Shown here piece after piece: positions 19,455 to 29,360 of a DNA stretch of 64,000 nucleotides. Both the position numbers and the translations under genes were made by a program. This DNA comes from Bdellovibrio sp. (GTDB lineage Bacteria; Bdellovibrionota; Bdellovibrionia; Bdellovibrionales; Bdellovibrionaceae), in contig JAKFBS010000004.1 in the NCBI GenBank assembly GCA_036677065.1, forward strand, positions 634,168-698,167, written 5' to 3'. Position 1 is the first letter of the stretch. Every line of letters starts with the position of its first letter. The notes beneath the pieces are model-generated. The model was given only the letters and a program-made list of their open reading frames with translations, made no database searches and was not told the origin of the DNA.

Positions 19455-22400
19455 GTGAAAAGTACACGTTGGCAGGATAATTTTCTGAACCATTTTGCGT
19501 TTTTATTTTTTGTGTTTACACTGCTAAACACATTGAATGCATTTGCAGGTCCAACACGCACAACGTACCAAGCTAAAATTGTTAAACCCGATGGTTACCC
19601 GCTGGAAGCCGCAAGCGTAAATTTTAAATTCACGATTTTGGATCCTTCAGGAAGCTGTATTCTTTTTGCTGAAACTTATAATTCAGTGAACATGTCTTCA
19701 ACCGGTGGGTTAATTTCTTTTTCACTGGGTGCAGGTGTAAAAACTTTTCCGGTCAGTGGTACAACATTCGAACAAATTTTTTCTAACATTACGCCGAACA
19801 TGGCTTGTGATACGGGCGGTGCACCTGCGGTTTATACGCCGATGGCTAATGATGCCCGTAAGATCGTGATGCAGTTTCATGATGGGGGCGGCTGGCAAAC
19901 ATTGCCTGCGATGAATATCAATGCTGTGCCTTATGCGATGTATGCCAATGATTCACAAAAATTTAATGGCATGGCTCCATCTGAATTTGTGCAAGTGTCG
20001 ACAATTCCAACGTGCACAGCTTCAGAAGCTTTACGCTACACAGGTTCAGCTTTTCAATGTGTTGCCGCTGGTGGATCAGGACCTGTCAGTTCAGGTTCTG
20101 TTATCACAGCACTTGGTTATACGCCGGCAGATAGTGCAACTGTATCGACAGTTTCTACATACGCATCGAATGTAAGTTCAACGGTGTTTTCAATTTCTTC
20201 GACGGTTTCGTCATTTCAATCTTCAGTGGCGGCAAGTTTTTCAGCCATTGTGAATTCACAGTGGATAACAAGTGGCACTGCTATTGGCTATGATGCGGGT
20301 CGAGTTGGTATTGGCACTTTAAATCCTGCGTATAACTTACATGTCATGCAACCAGTGAGCGGTCCAACCAGCGTTATGATCGATGCTTTTTCTGGAACAC
20401 CTGGAATTTATTTTCGTAAAGCTAACGGCACGGCAGCGGCTCCGCAGGCCGTGTCAAATGCCACAGCCCTTTTAGAAATTGCAGCAGTTGGCCACGGGCA
20501 AACGGCATACCTTGCAAGTTCAGCGGCAAAAATGATTATGGCTGCCGAAGAAGATTGGACAGACGCAACAGGTGCAGCTTCGATTCGTTTTCACACGCGT
20601 GGTTCAAGTACAACCACAGCTTCATCAGAAAGAATGCGTATCGATAAAAATGGTAACGTCGGTATTGGCACTGTTACACCAATGACTAAGTTAGATGTTT
20701 CAGGCGGTGTGCGTATCAGTATGGAAGTTGCAGCCTGTGCTGTAAGTTTTGCCGGTACTCTTCGTTATAATTCTGGTGTTGTTGAATATTGTAATGGATC
20801 AGCGTGGACTCAATTTGGAGTAAGTGGTGCAGGCATCACAGCGTTGAATGGATTAGTTTCTGGATCGCAAACTTTTGCGCTCGGAAATTCGGGAACGTTA
20901 CCAAATATTTCTTCAACAGGTTCGGTTCATACTTTTAATTTTCCGTATGCGGCTTCAGCAGGGGTTACTTCAGGTTTAATTTCAAACACTGATTACGCAA
21001 CTTTTAATAATAAACAATCAGCCACAAGTGCTGCGATGATTGTAACACTTGGGTATACTCCGGCAAATGCTGTGAGTGTAACAACTCTGTCTTCAACGCT
21101 AGCAACAATGCAAGCTTCTGTTGCCACCATCACAAGTTCACAATGGGTAACCAGCGGGTCTGCGATTTATTACAATGCAGGTAATGTAGGTATCGGCACA
21201 AGTTCTCCGGCGTCTCGCTTAGATTTATCAGCTAATGCTGTTGTTGATGCCAACACTTTAACATTTAGTAATTTGACTCAAAGTACAAATGTCATTCTGC
21301 GCACAAAAGACTATATGAATAATTTAGGCTGGCAAATCGCAGCAGCCGGTGGTTCGCAAGAATTATTTCATATTCGTGATGGCGCAGGTAACCCAAGATT
21401 ATTTATTAACACAGCTAACAACACAATGGGTGTGGGTGCTGCAAGTGCTACCGCAAGATTACATATTACTTCTGGTACAGCCGCTATTCCTGCCTTCAAA
21501 TTTACTTCTGGCACATTAGTAACTACACCACAATCAGGTTCGATGGAATTTGATGGGTTTAATTTTTATTTAACAGATACCTCAGGAATTCGTCGTGCGA
21601 TTGCGACAGGTGCCAGTTCAAGCAGTATTGATAATGCGTCGATAATTAATTCATCAGGCAATATCACGATGGTTCCGCAAACGGGATCAGTGATCGTGTC
21701 GAGCACAACGGCCAGCATAAATTCAGCAACGGGTGCGCTTATTGTAAATGGCGGAGTGGGTATAGCAGGGGATGCTAATATTGCCGGAACACTAACCGCA
21801 GGCCATGCGATTATGGGATTATCGACGGGAATGGTTGGCATCGGTGCTTCAACGCCGACGACAAAACTTGATGTTAGATCTGAAGGAGCGATCAAAGTCG
21901 CGCGCATTCAGTACAGTGGCTCTGGTTTTTCAACTCAGCCTAATTTAGAAATGTTTCGCTCGCGCGGAACAATTGATTCGCCAACGGCAGTTTTAGCTAA
22001 TGATGTATTAGGTTCTTGGTCTGCCATCGGTCACAATGGTGTATCGTTTGGTGCAGGATCAACAGCTGGGATCTTAATTCGTGCTACCCAAAATTTTTCG
22101 GGTACAAGTGCTGGGTCATATATGACATTTAATACGACGGCCTCAGGTACGTCGACCCAAGTTGAAAGAATGCGTATTGATAATCTGGGTAATATGGGTT
22201 TAGGCACGACAGCTCCAGATGCTCGTTTAGATGTGGTTGGGGCAATTAAAATTACCGGATTTTCATCTGGAACTTTCATGTATGTAAATGATAATGCCAG
22301 TAGCGGTACGCCGTTAAATGACGGAGCCCGTTTCGTTTACGATGGTAACGCTTTTGGAGGTAACTATGATGCCATTGTTTTTGAAAAAACAGATGCAAAC

Positions 22401-24200
22401 AATGTAGTTCCTGATGGCGGATTTTTATTTGCCAATCGTGGCTCAGATAATATTCGTCAGCCGGCGATGGCAATTCGCGGTACAGGAAATGTCGGTATTG
22501 GTACTATAGCTCCTGTTGCGGGATTACATATTTCAACAACGGGAACTTCAACTCGCGCTCTTCGTATCGTAGCTACAACTTCAGCTACAGGGGGGTATGC
22601 CGAAGCCCAATTTGCATCTGATGCACGCGAATATCGTATCGGTGTGGGCAATTCGACTGAAGTCGCCCACAATGTTGCCGGAAAATATTATCTTTACGAT
22701 GGAGCCTCAAATACCATGCGTTTAGTTGTTGATCAGAATGGCAATATCGGTGCTGGTACAGCTGCGCCGATCACACGCCTTGATATTTCGCGCCCGACGA
22801 CGTCAGGTTCACAAATGTCATTACGTAATAATGGTAACGGTGGTTTTTTAACAGTGCCTTCATCAAGTGATGGAGTCATCTTAACTACAGCTAAATATGA
22901 TGGTGGTATGTGGATCACCAGTTCACCACAAGCGAGTGCGTTCACAGTCGGCGAAGGTACGATTCAAATGTTTACTAATACTGGCTTAACGCCAGGAGCA
23001 AGTTTTTCCTATGCTGAGCGCGTACGTGTAGACAATCAGGGAAATTTTTTGATTGGTACAACTAATTCCACACACGGGCGTTTAGCCGTGGAATCAAGTG
23101 GTACGGCGTATTTATCGTTAAACACAACGAATGGTACGCACAAACGTTCGGGAGTTTATTTTAGATCAGGTGGCGTACCACAAATGGAAATCGGTGTTGA
23201 TGCCGGTGTAAATGGTGCACGTGATTTTTATATTTACGATAGCGTGTCTGGTGCTTCACGTTTACATGTTAATGCGAACGGCTATGTGGGTATTGGTACC
23301 GGTGCACCTAAATTACCATTAGATGTGATGGGAATTATCGGTACAACGTGGGGAACAGCGTTTAATACATCTTTCAATGGTTCTTGGAATCAGACTACAA
23401 CTGGTTACGCTGGTCTTTTACAGTTTGAACCCTCAACCGGTAAATTTTATTTCTGGAATACGCCGGCTACTGCTGCAGCTGGCGCTGCGAATCCATTTCC
23501 CGTGCAATCAATGACGATCGATAAAGATGGTAAAGTGGGTATTGGAACTGCCAGTCCTGGAGCAAAATTTCACGTCAATGGTGACGCTCGAATTAACAGT
23601 ATTATGGGCGGAGAAAACAATGGTTCTGGTAATTTTCATTTAGATGCCTGGGGCAGTGGAGCAGATCGTTCAGTGTATTTAAACTGGGCTAGCGGAACTG
23701 GAGGAGCCAAAGTCGGTAACGGAAGTTCTACGTGGGGGCCGATTGCGGCTTCGGCGTTTAACGTGTCATCAGATAGACGTCTGAAAGATAATATTAAACC
23801 AATTGAAAATCCGTTAGAGAAAATTTTAAAAATTGATGCTGTTACTTTCACTTGGAAAGAAGCCTCTCGTCATAAAATGGAAGGCGAACGTATTGGTTTA
23901 ATTGCCCAGAATGTTGAAAAAATATTTCCGCAAGCTGTTAAATTAGATCATAGTGAAAATGCATTGCCGGGTGGTACAAGATTGGTGAATTATCCAGACT
24001 TAGTTTCGCCAATCATCGCTGCGATTAAAGAATTTTATTCTTTATGGGTTAACGATTCAAAAGATTTACATCGTGAAATTGCTTCGGTTAAACAAGAAAA
24101 TGAAACGCTTAAATTGCAAAATATTGAAAAAGAAAAACAGCTTAATGATATTCGCGCCTACCTGTGTGCCAAGGATCCGCAGGCTCCGATCTGCCAATAA
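19455..24200 (+). CDS. Fibre 3: MAT-like fibre adhesin with C-terminal S74 chaperone (1581 aa)
   Basis: Signal peptide AFA|GP; conserved N-domain; GNVGIGT repeats; SSDRRLKDNI and GLIAQNVE. Confidence 0.9.
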   Translation: MKSTRWQDNFLNHFAFLFFVFTLLNTLNAFAGPTRTTYQAKIVKPDGYPLEAASVNFKFTILDPSGSCILFAETYNSVNMSSTGGLISFSLGAGVKTFPVSGTTFEQIFSNITPNMACDTGGAPAVYTPMANDARKIVMQFHDGGGWQTLPAMNINAVPYAMYANDSQKFNGMAPSEFVQVSTIPTCTASEALRYTGSAFQCVAAGGSGPVSSGSVITALGYTPADSATVSTVSTYASNVSSTVFSISSTVSSFQSSVAASFSAIVNSQWITSGTAIGYDAGRVGIGTLNPAYNLHVMQPVSGPTSVMIDAFSGTPGIYFRKANGTAAAPQAVSNATALLEIAAVGHGQTAYLASSAAKMIMAAEEDWTDATGAASIRFHTRGSSTTTASSERMRIDKNGNVGIGTVTPMTKLDVSGGVRISMEVAACAVSFAGTLRYNSGVVEYCNGSAWTQFGVSGAGITALNGLVSGSQTFALGNSGTLPNISSTGSVHTFNFPYAASAGVTSGLISNTDYATFNNKQSATSAAMIVTLGYTPANAVSVTTLSSTLATMQASVATITSSQWVTSGSAIYYNAGNVGIGTSSPASRLDLSANAVVDANTLTFSNLTQSTNVILRTKDYMNNLGWQIAAAGGSQELFHIRDGAGNPRLFINTANNTMGVGAASATARLHITSGTAAIPAFKFTSGTLVTTPQSGSMEFDGFNFYLTDTSGIRRAIATGASSSSIDNASIINSSGNITMVPQTGSVIVSSTTASINSATGALIVNGGVGIAGDANIAGTLTAGHAIMGLSTGMVGIGASTPTTKLDVRSEGAIKVARIQYSGSGFSTQPNLEMFRSRGTIDSPTAVLANDVLGSWSAIGHNGVSFGAGSTAGILIRATQNFSGTSAGSYMTFNTTASGTSTQVERMRIDNLGNMGLGTTAPDARLDVVGAIKITGFSSGTFMYVNDNASSGTPLNDGARFVYDGNAFGGNYDAIVFEKTDANNVVPDGGFLFANRGSDNIRQPAMAIRGTGNVGIGTIAPVAGLHISTTGTSTRALRIVATTSATGGYAEAQFASDAREYRIGVGNSTEVAHNVAGKYYLYDGASNTMRLVVDQNGNIGAGTAAPITRLDISRPTTSGSQMSLRNNGNGGFLTVPSSSDGVILTTAKYDGGMWITSSPQASAFTVGEGTIQMFTNTGLTPGASFSYAERVRVDNQGNFLIGTTNSTHGRLAVESSGTAYLSLNTTNGTHKRSGVYFRSGGVPQMEIGVDAGVNGARDFYIYDSVSGASRLHVNANGYVGIGTGAPKLPLDVMGIIGTTWGTAFNTSFNGSWNQTTTGYAGLLQFEPSTGKFYFWNTPATAAAGAANPFPVQSMTIDKDGKVGIGTASPGAKFHVNGDARINSIMGGENNGSGNFHLDAWGSGADRSVYLNWASGTGGAKVGNGSSTWGPIAASAFNVSSDRRLKDNIKPIENPLEKILKIDAVTFTWKEASRHKMEGERIGLIAQNVEKIFPQAVKLDHSENALPGGTRLVNYPDLVSPIIAAIKEFYSLWVNDSKDLHREIASVKQENETLKLQNIEKEKQLNDIRAYLCAKDPQAPICQ

Positions 24201-24244
24201 CCTGCGAAACTAGACCAGTTAACGATTCGCTTTGAGACAAAACC

Positions 24245-24261
24245 TGTTTCAAATTGAGTCA
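24245..24261. promoter_or_regulatory. Palindrome-like site TGTTTCA-AAT-TGAGTCA (second degenerate copy at 24223-24239)
   Basis: Starts 53 nt (second copy 75 nt) before the -10 element of fibre gene 4. Confidence 0.6.
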
Positions 24262-24278
24262 TTCCCTGTATCTAAAAT

Positions 24279-24305
24279 TAAAAACAAATTCAATTATTCC
24301 GATAA
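24279..24305 (+). promoter_or_regulatory. Sigma28-like promoter of fibre gene 4
   Basis: TAAA-N15-TCCGATAA with canonical spacing; in-frame GTG 7 nt downstream at 24313. Confidence 0.75.
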
Positions 24306-24312
24306 GTTAAGA

Positions 24313-27300
24313 GTGAATTTACCGCCGCGCAAGAATAAAACTCTTTCGATGTTTTTATTTTTCGTATTCATTTTTATGAATGCGATGTCTGCCTTTGCGG
24401 GACCAAGACACACTACCTATCAAGCAAAAATTATTAAACCTGATGGGCTTCCCCTAGAAGCAGCAAGTGTTAATTTTAAATTTTCTATTCTTGATCCAGC
24501 TGGTGCTTGTGTTATTTATGCTGAAACTTTTTCTTCGGTGAATATGTCAGGGGCGGGCGGGCTGATTTCTTTCTCGCTAGGTTCAGGAGTTAAAACCTAT
24601 CCTGTATCTGCCACAACTTTTGAGCAGGCATTTTCAAATATTACTCCAAGTTTATCTTGTGATGCTGGCGGGCCGGTAAGTTATTCTCCGCTTGCTGATG
24701 ACGTTAGAAAAATAGTGATGCAGTTTCATGATGGTGGCGGTTGGCAAACATTACCTGCGATGAATATCAACGCCGTACCTTACGCAATGTATGCAAACGA
24801 TGCGCAAAAATTAGGTGGCGTCAGTGCCACAGCTTTTGTGCAAGATACAGATTTAGCAACCTGTGCTGGCGGCCAGGCTTTATTTTATAACGGCACAAGT
24901 TTTTCGTGCGTGGCTGTTGGCGGCGGGGGAGTCACTTCTTCGACGATCGCGGCAGCCCTGGGTTACACCCCGGCAGATGATGCAGCGATGACTTCAAATG
25001 TTTCTAGTGTATCGACAACTGTATTTTCGGTTTCATCAACAGTGGCCAGTTTATCAAGTTCAGTTTCAACATTATCTAGCACGGTGGCCGCATCTTTTGC
25101 GGCGATTACGAATTCGCAATGGGTAACCAGTGGCACAACCATTAGTTATAACGGTGGCTATGTTGGTATTGGCACAAGTGATCCGAAAGGAGTGCTAGAT
25201 GTAAGTTCATCGGGCACTACGAATTTGGGAGCTGTTACAGCTCTGCCATTACAGCTTCGCGGAAGTGGTAGTGATACTACGGCGACAGGTATAGCGATAT
25301 ACAATCCAAGTAATCCGACAGGTTCTTTTTTTGGTATTACTTTTACAGGCGCTTCTTTTACCGGAACGCGATTAGGCATACCAAATCTTAGTAATGGTGT
25401 ATTATTGTATGGTAATTCTGCGGCAACACAGCCTGTATCTTTCGTAGCCATCGGAACTTCAACTGCGGCTCCTATTTATCTATCAACGAACAACGTTATC
25501 CGCCAAACGATCGCACCTTCTGGCAACGTCGGTATCGGTACAACAACTCCGGTCACAAAATTAGATGTTAGCGGTGGTGTGCGTATCGGCATGGAGTCAG
25601 GTTCTTGTGCTGCAGATTTAGCAGGAACACTAAGATACACTTCGGGCAATGTTGAATATTGTAACGGCACAACATGGCAAGCGTTCGGTACAGGCGGCGC
25701 GGTGACCAGTTCATCAATTGCAGCAGCGCTGAGTTACACTCCGGCGAATACGACAACAGTAGAAACATCATTCACGACATTAACAAATTTATTTAATACC
25801 ACCGGCACTTCAGTTACTACGCTTACGAGCACAGTTAATAATTTATCTTCATCATATACTATTTTAGCTTCAGCAGTTTCTGGAATTACAAATTCACAGT
25901 GGGTCACAAGCGGAACAGCAATTAGTTACTCATCTGGAAATGTCGGCATCGGAACAAGTGCTCCAACAAAATTATTTCAGGTTAATTGGTCGCCGTCAGC
26001 TGGTTGGGAAATGCAGCATGAATTCGATGTAGCTAGCAATGGGCCAGCACTTAATTCGGCTTACGATCTTGGCCCATCAGGTGAAGGCCGTTTTAATTTT
26101 GTAAAAGCCCGCGGCACACTGGCTAATCCAACTGGCGTTTTAAATAATGATTTTTTAGGAACTATTTCTTTTCGCGGCGCCAATGCCTCGGGCACACTTG
26201 TGCATGCAGCCATCATTCGCGCGATCGCAGCCCAGGATTTTGTAAATACATCCGCTGGGTCACATTTAGTTTTTCAAACATCAAGTTCAGGATCAGCAAC
26301 GCCGTCAGAAAAAGTCAGAATCGATTCACAAGGTAATGTCGGCATAGGTACTACGACTCCAACTATCAATTCAACAAGTGCCACAACATTACATATTCAC
26401 AACTCTTTAGGTAAAGCAGCAGGTATTCGGTTCACAAATAGCGGAACCGGAACCACCGCAACCGATGGGGTTATTATCGGTAAGTGGAACGATGATTCAA
26501 CTTATGGGAATGGCCCAATTTTTTGGAACTACGAATCTAGTCCGATAACATTTGCAACATCTTCAACCGAGCGAATGGTTATTTCGGCTGTTGGCGATGT
26601 CGGAATTGGTGTAACATCGCCAACAGCAGCATTGCACATCAAAGCAGGAACTTCTGCAACAGCTGCATTAAAATTAACTTCAGGTACTTTGTTAACTTCA
26701 CCGCAATCAGGCACCATCGAATACGATGGTTTTAATTTCTATACCACAAATGGCGCTGGTGTTCGCAGTGCGATTGGTTCTTCTGAGGTATCTTCAACAA
26801 TGAGTTTAATGGATTCAGGCGCGACATTTGGTTCAGGGCATAAAACTGTTATGGGTGGATATGATCCAAACGGTTTAGTCTGGCACATTGGTGTTAGCGG
26901 AACACAAGCTTTGGATATTAATTCTCGTTATCCAGGTGGGCCAATCACGATGACTATTGGTGGCTCTGAAATGATGCGCGTGATGGGAAGTACTGGTTTT
27001 GTCGGCATCGGCACACAAACCCCAACCCAAAAATTAGACGTGCATGGTTACATGCGCTCGGCTGCAGGTTCTGGTGGAACACCAACTGATGGCGGACGCT
27101 TATATTTTGCCACGAATTCTTCAGGACCAAATTATGATTTATCTTATGTCGGTGGTTACACTGATCAAGCCGGCAATGACGGATCTGGTGCTGGTTCGCG
27201 TGGCGGACTTGTTTTTGCGACGAAATCTACAACCGGGGCTTCAGCTGCGACTGAAAAAATGCGTATCGATTTAAACGGTAATCTTGGGTTAGGAATCAAT

Positions 27301-29298
27301 GCTCCGCTTGTTCCACTACATGTGCAAAAAGATGCACCCGGTGGTTTAGTTGCCTATTTTCAAGGTGTAGGCTCGGGCGGAACCATTGTCGGTACAAATC
27401 AAAGCAATCCAGCTTCCGGTGGTTTAGTGCAGGGTATTGATGCTGCTGGTTCAGTCGGTACGTTAGCTTTAAATCCAATGGGCGGATTGGTGGGTTTAGG
27501 TACGTCATCGCCTCAAGGTAAGTTCAACGTTGATTTGATAACTAACATAAACACCAGTGAAGTTATCCAGGCATATACATTTTCTTCTTCTCCAATGTGG
27601 GGTTTGCGTTTATCGCAGCGAAATAACAACAACGTGATTTCATATGACTGGAAAACCAGAAATGCCTCGTCGACTGATATTTTAGCTATGACTATGGCCG
27701 CTTCTGGTCTAATTGGTGTCGGAACAAATGCTCCTCAAAAAGGTTTGCATGTGGTCTCTGGTTCAATGATTGGAACAACCGATGGTTTTCCGACAGAGTA
27801 TGCATCAGTGCATAACGAATTTAATTCTGGCGTCTTAAAAAAATGGACAGAAACTTCTGGCAACCATGTTAATGCCGGCACCTATTCATTGGTATCTCCT
27901 GTATCTAATAGTGCGAAGGCCAGTCATAGTTTAGTAAATATTTTATTCATGGATGTGGCCTCGGGCGTGACAGTGACCGGTTCAAATCATAGTTTTTATA
28001 ATTTTTCTTCACGTAATAGATATGCAGCTAATACCGATAATGGTCATGTGAATCTGATGGTGGCTATTCGTAACGAATACGGCCACGAAAACAGTGTTCC
28101 TGCAAATTCTCCAACAACCAGCCAAGTATACGGGGCTCTATTTGTTCCGAATGCATTCACCGGCACGATTTCTAATTTGTATGATCTTTATATCAGTCCA
28201 CCGACTGGCACTGGTACGATCGGAAAGCACTATTCTATTTATCAAGCGGCTACGAGCGCTACAAATTACTTCGGCTCACGTGTTGGGTTAGGTACGGCAA
28301 CTCCAGATGGTTCGTTGCATGTGGTGACTTCGTCATTACAATCTAATTCTCCAGCGTCAGGAATTTTCTTCGGAAAAAGTTTAGCTGATGATTACCAAAT
28401 GCAATTAACGCAAAATGGCGGCACTCCTCATATTGATTTCTCTCGTCTTTCGGGTCGCGACTATGATGCGCGAATTTCAACTCCGGCAAACAGCACTTTA
28501 TCACTAGGAACCGCTTCGCAAAGCATGTTATTAAATTTATTTAATAGTTATGTCGGTATCGGAACGTTGACTCCGACCCGAGCATTGCAAGTAGGAACAA
28601 CTTCTGGTTGGCAAGATGGTTCAGGAATTTTAGTTAAAGGTTCAAATCCTGGAGTTGAATTGGCCGATACGCAAACTGTTCCACAACGTTGGTTAGTGGC
28701 CAATGGTGTGACTGTACCCAATGATGGTAATCTTGGATTAGCGTTTAACGTAAACACCAGCACGCATAATATCGTGGTCACCTCAGGTGGCTTGGTAGGG
28801 ATCGGCACGTTAACTCCCGATGATAAATTTATGGTGTATAACGGAGTATCAATTGGCCGTTATACAACGACCGGGTGGACACACGTTTCAGATGCAAGAT
28901 ACAAACATGACATTAAAGATTTAGACAGTTCGTTAAATAAAATTCTGCAACTTCGCGGTGTAGAATATAAATTTAATAATGATCCAGAAAATAAAAATCA
29001 ATTAGGCTTTATCGCGCAAGAAGTTGAACCTATTTTTCCTGAAGTTGTTGTGACAGACAAAAAAGGATTTAAATCAATGGTGTATGCCAACTTAGTGGCG
29101 CCTTTGGTCGAGTCGGTAAAATCGCTGTATGTCCAATTAAAAGAAAATATTCTCGAAACGAGACAGAATTCTCGTAAGATCGCGTCGCTTCAACAAGAAA
29201 ATGAAAAACTTAAAAACGAAAATCTGCAAAAAGCCAAAGAACTTGACGACGTCAAATCGCGCTTAGAACGTCTAGAGAAATTGTTAAATTCGAATTAA
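24313..29298 (+). CDS. Fibre 4: MAT-like fibre adhesin with C-terminal S74 chaperone; start moved from 24232 (TTG) to GTG at 24313
   Basis: GTG 24313 is in frame, matches the paralogs' promoter-to-start spacing and gives a signal peptide of similar length; SDARYK and GFIAQEVE. Confidence 0.88.
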   Translation: MNLPPRKNKTLSMFLFFVFIFMNAMSAFAGPRHTTYQAKIIKPDGLPLEAASVNFKFSILDPAGACVIYAETFSSVNMSGAGGLISFSLGSGVKTYPVSATTFEQAFSNITPSLSCDAGGPVSYSPLADDVRKIVMQFHDGGGWQTLPAMNINAVPYAMYANDAQKLGGVSATAFVQDTDLATCAGGQALFYNGTSFSCVAVGGGGVTSSTIAAALGYTPADDAAMTSNVSSVSTTVFSVSSTVASLSSSVSTLSSTVAASFAAITNSQWVTSGTTISYNGGYVGIGTSDPKGVLDVSSSGTTNLGAVTALPLQLRGSGSDTTATGIAIYNPSNPTGSFFGITFTGASFTGTRLGIPNLSNGVLLYGNSAATQPVSFVAIGTSTAAPIYLSTNNVIRQTIAPSGNVGIGTTTPVTKLDVSGGVRIGMESGSCAADLAGTLRYTSGNVEYCNGTTWQAFGTGGAVTSSSIAAALSYTPANTTTVETSFTTLTNLFNTTGTSVTTLTSTVNNLSSSYTILASAVSGITNSQWVTSGTAISYSSGNVGIGTSAPTKLFQVNWSPSAGWEMQHEFDVASNGPALNSAYDLGPSGEGRFNFVKARGTLANPTGVLNNDFLGTISFRGANASGTLVHAAIIRAIAAQDFVNTSAGSHLVFQTSSSGSATPSEKVRIDSQGNVGIGTTTPTINSTSATTLHIHNSLGKAAGIRFTNSGTGTTATDGVIIGKWNDDSTYGNGPIFWNYESSPITFATSSTERMVISAVGDVGIGVTSPTAALHIKAGTSATAALKLTSGTLLTSPQSGTIEYDGFNFYTTNGAGVRSAIGSSEVSSTMSLMDSGATFGSGHKTVMGGYDPNGLVWHIGVSGTQALDINSRYPGGPITMTIGGSEMMRVMGSTGFVGIGTQTPTQKLDVHGYMRSAAGSGGTPTDGGRLYFATNSSGPNYDLSYVGGYTDQAGNDGSGAGSRGGLVFATKSTTGASAATEKMRIDLNGNLGLGINAPLVPLHVQKDAPGGLVAYFQGVGSGGTIVGTNQSNPASGGLVQGIDAAGSVGTLALNPMGGLVGLGTSSPQGKFNVDLITNINTSEVIQAYTFSSSPMWGLRLSQRNNNNVISYDWKTRNASSTDILAMTMAASGLIGVGTNAPQKGLHVVSGSMIGTTDGFPTEYASVHNEFNSGVLKKWTETSGNHVNAGTYSLVSPVSNSAKASHSLVNILFMDVASGVTVTGSNHSFYNFSSRNRYAANTDNGHVNLMVAIRNEYGHENSVPANSPTTSQVYGALFVPNAFTGTISNLYDLYISPPTGTGTIGKHYSIYQAATSATNYFGSRVGLGTATPDGSLHVVTSSLQSNSPASGIFFGKSLADDYQMQLTQNGGTPHIDFSRLSGRDYDARISTPANSTLSLGTASQSMLLNLFNSYVGIGTLTPTRALQVGTTSGWQDGSGILVKGSNPGVELADTQTVPQRWLVANGVTVPNDGNLGLAFNVNTSTHNIVVTSGGLVGIGTLTPDDKFMVYNGVSIGRYTTTGWTHVSDARYKHDIKDLDSSLNKILQLRGVEYKFNNDPENKNQLGFIAQEVEPIFPEVVVTDKKGFKSMVYANLVAPLVESVKSLYVQLKENILETRQNSRKIASLQQENEKLKNENLQKAKELDDVKSRLERLEKLLNSN

Positions 29299-29326
29299 AA
29301 ATCATATTATATTTGCTCTAATAACT

Positions 29327-29353
29327 TAATCAAAGTGCTATAAATTCCGATAG
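29327..29353 (+). promoter_or_regulatory. Sigma28-like promoter of fibre gene 5
   Basis: TAAT-N15-TCCGATAG; GTG 7 nt downstream; no upstream palindrome found. Confidence 0.6.
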
Positions 29354-29360
29354 GTTAGCT

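Noticed and set aside
24232..24312. N-terminal extension of fibre 4 from TTG 24232
   Set aside because: It runs through the palindrome and the sigma28 promoter; GTG 24313 matches the paralogs
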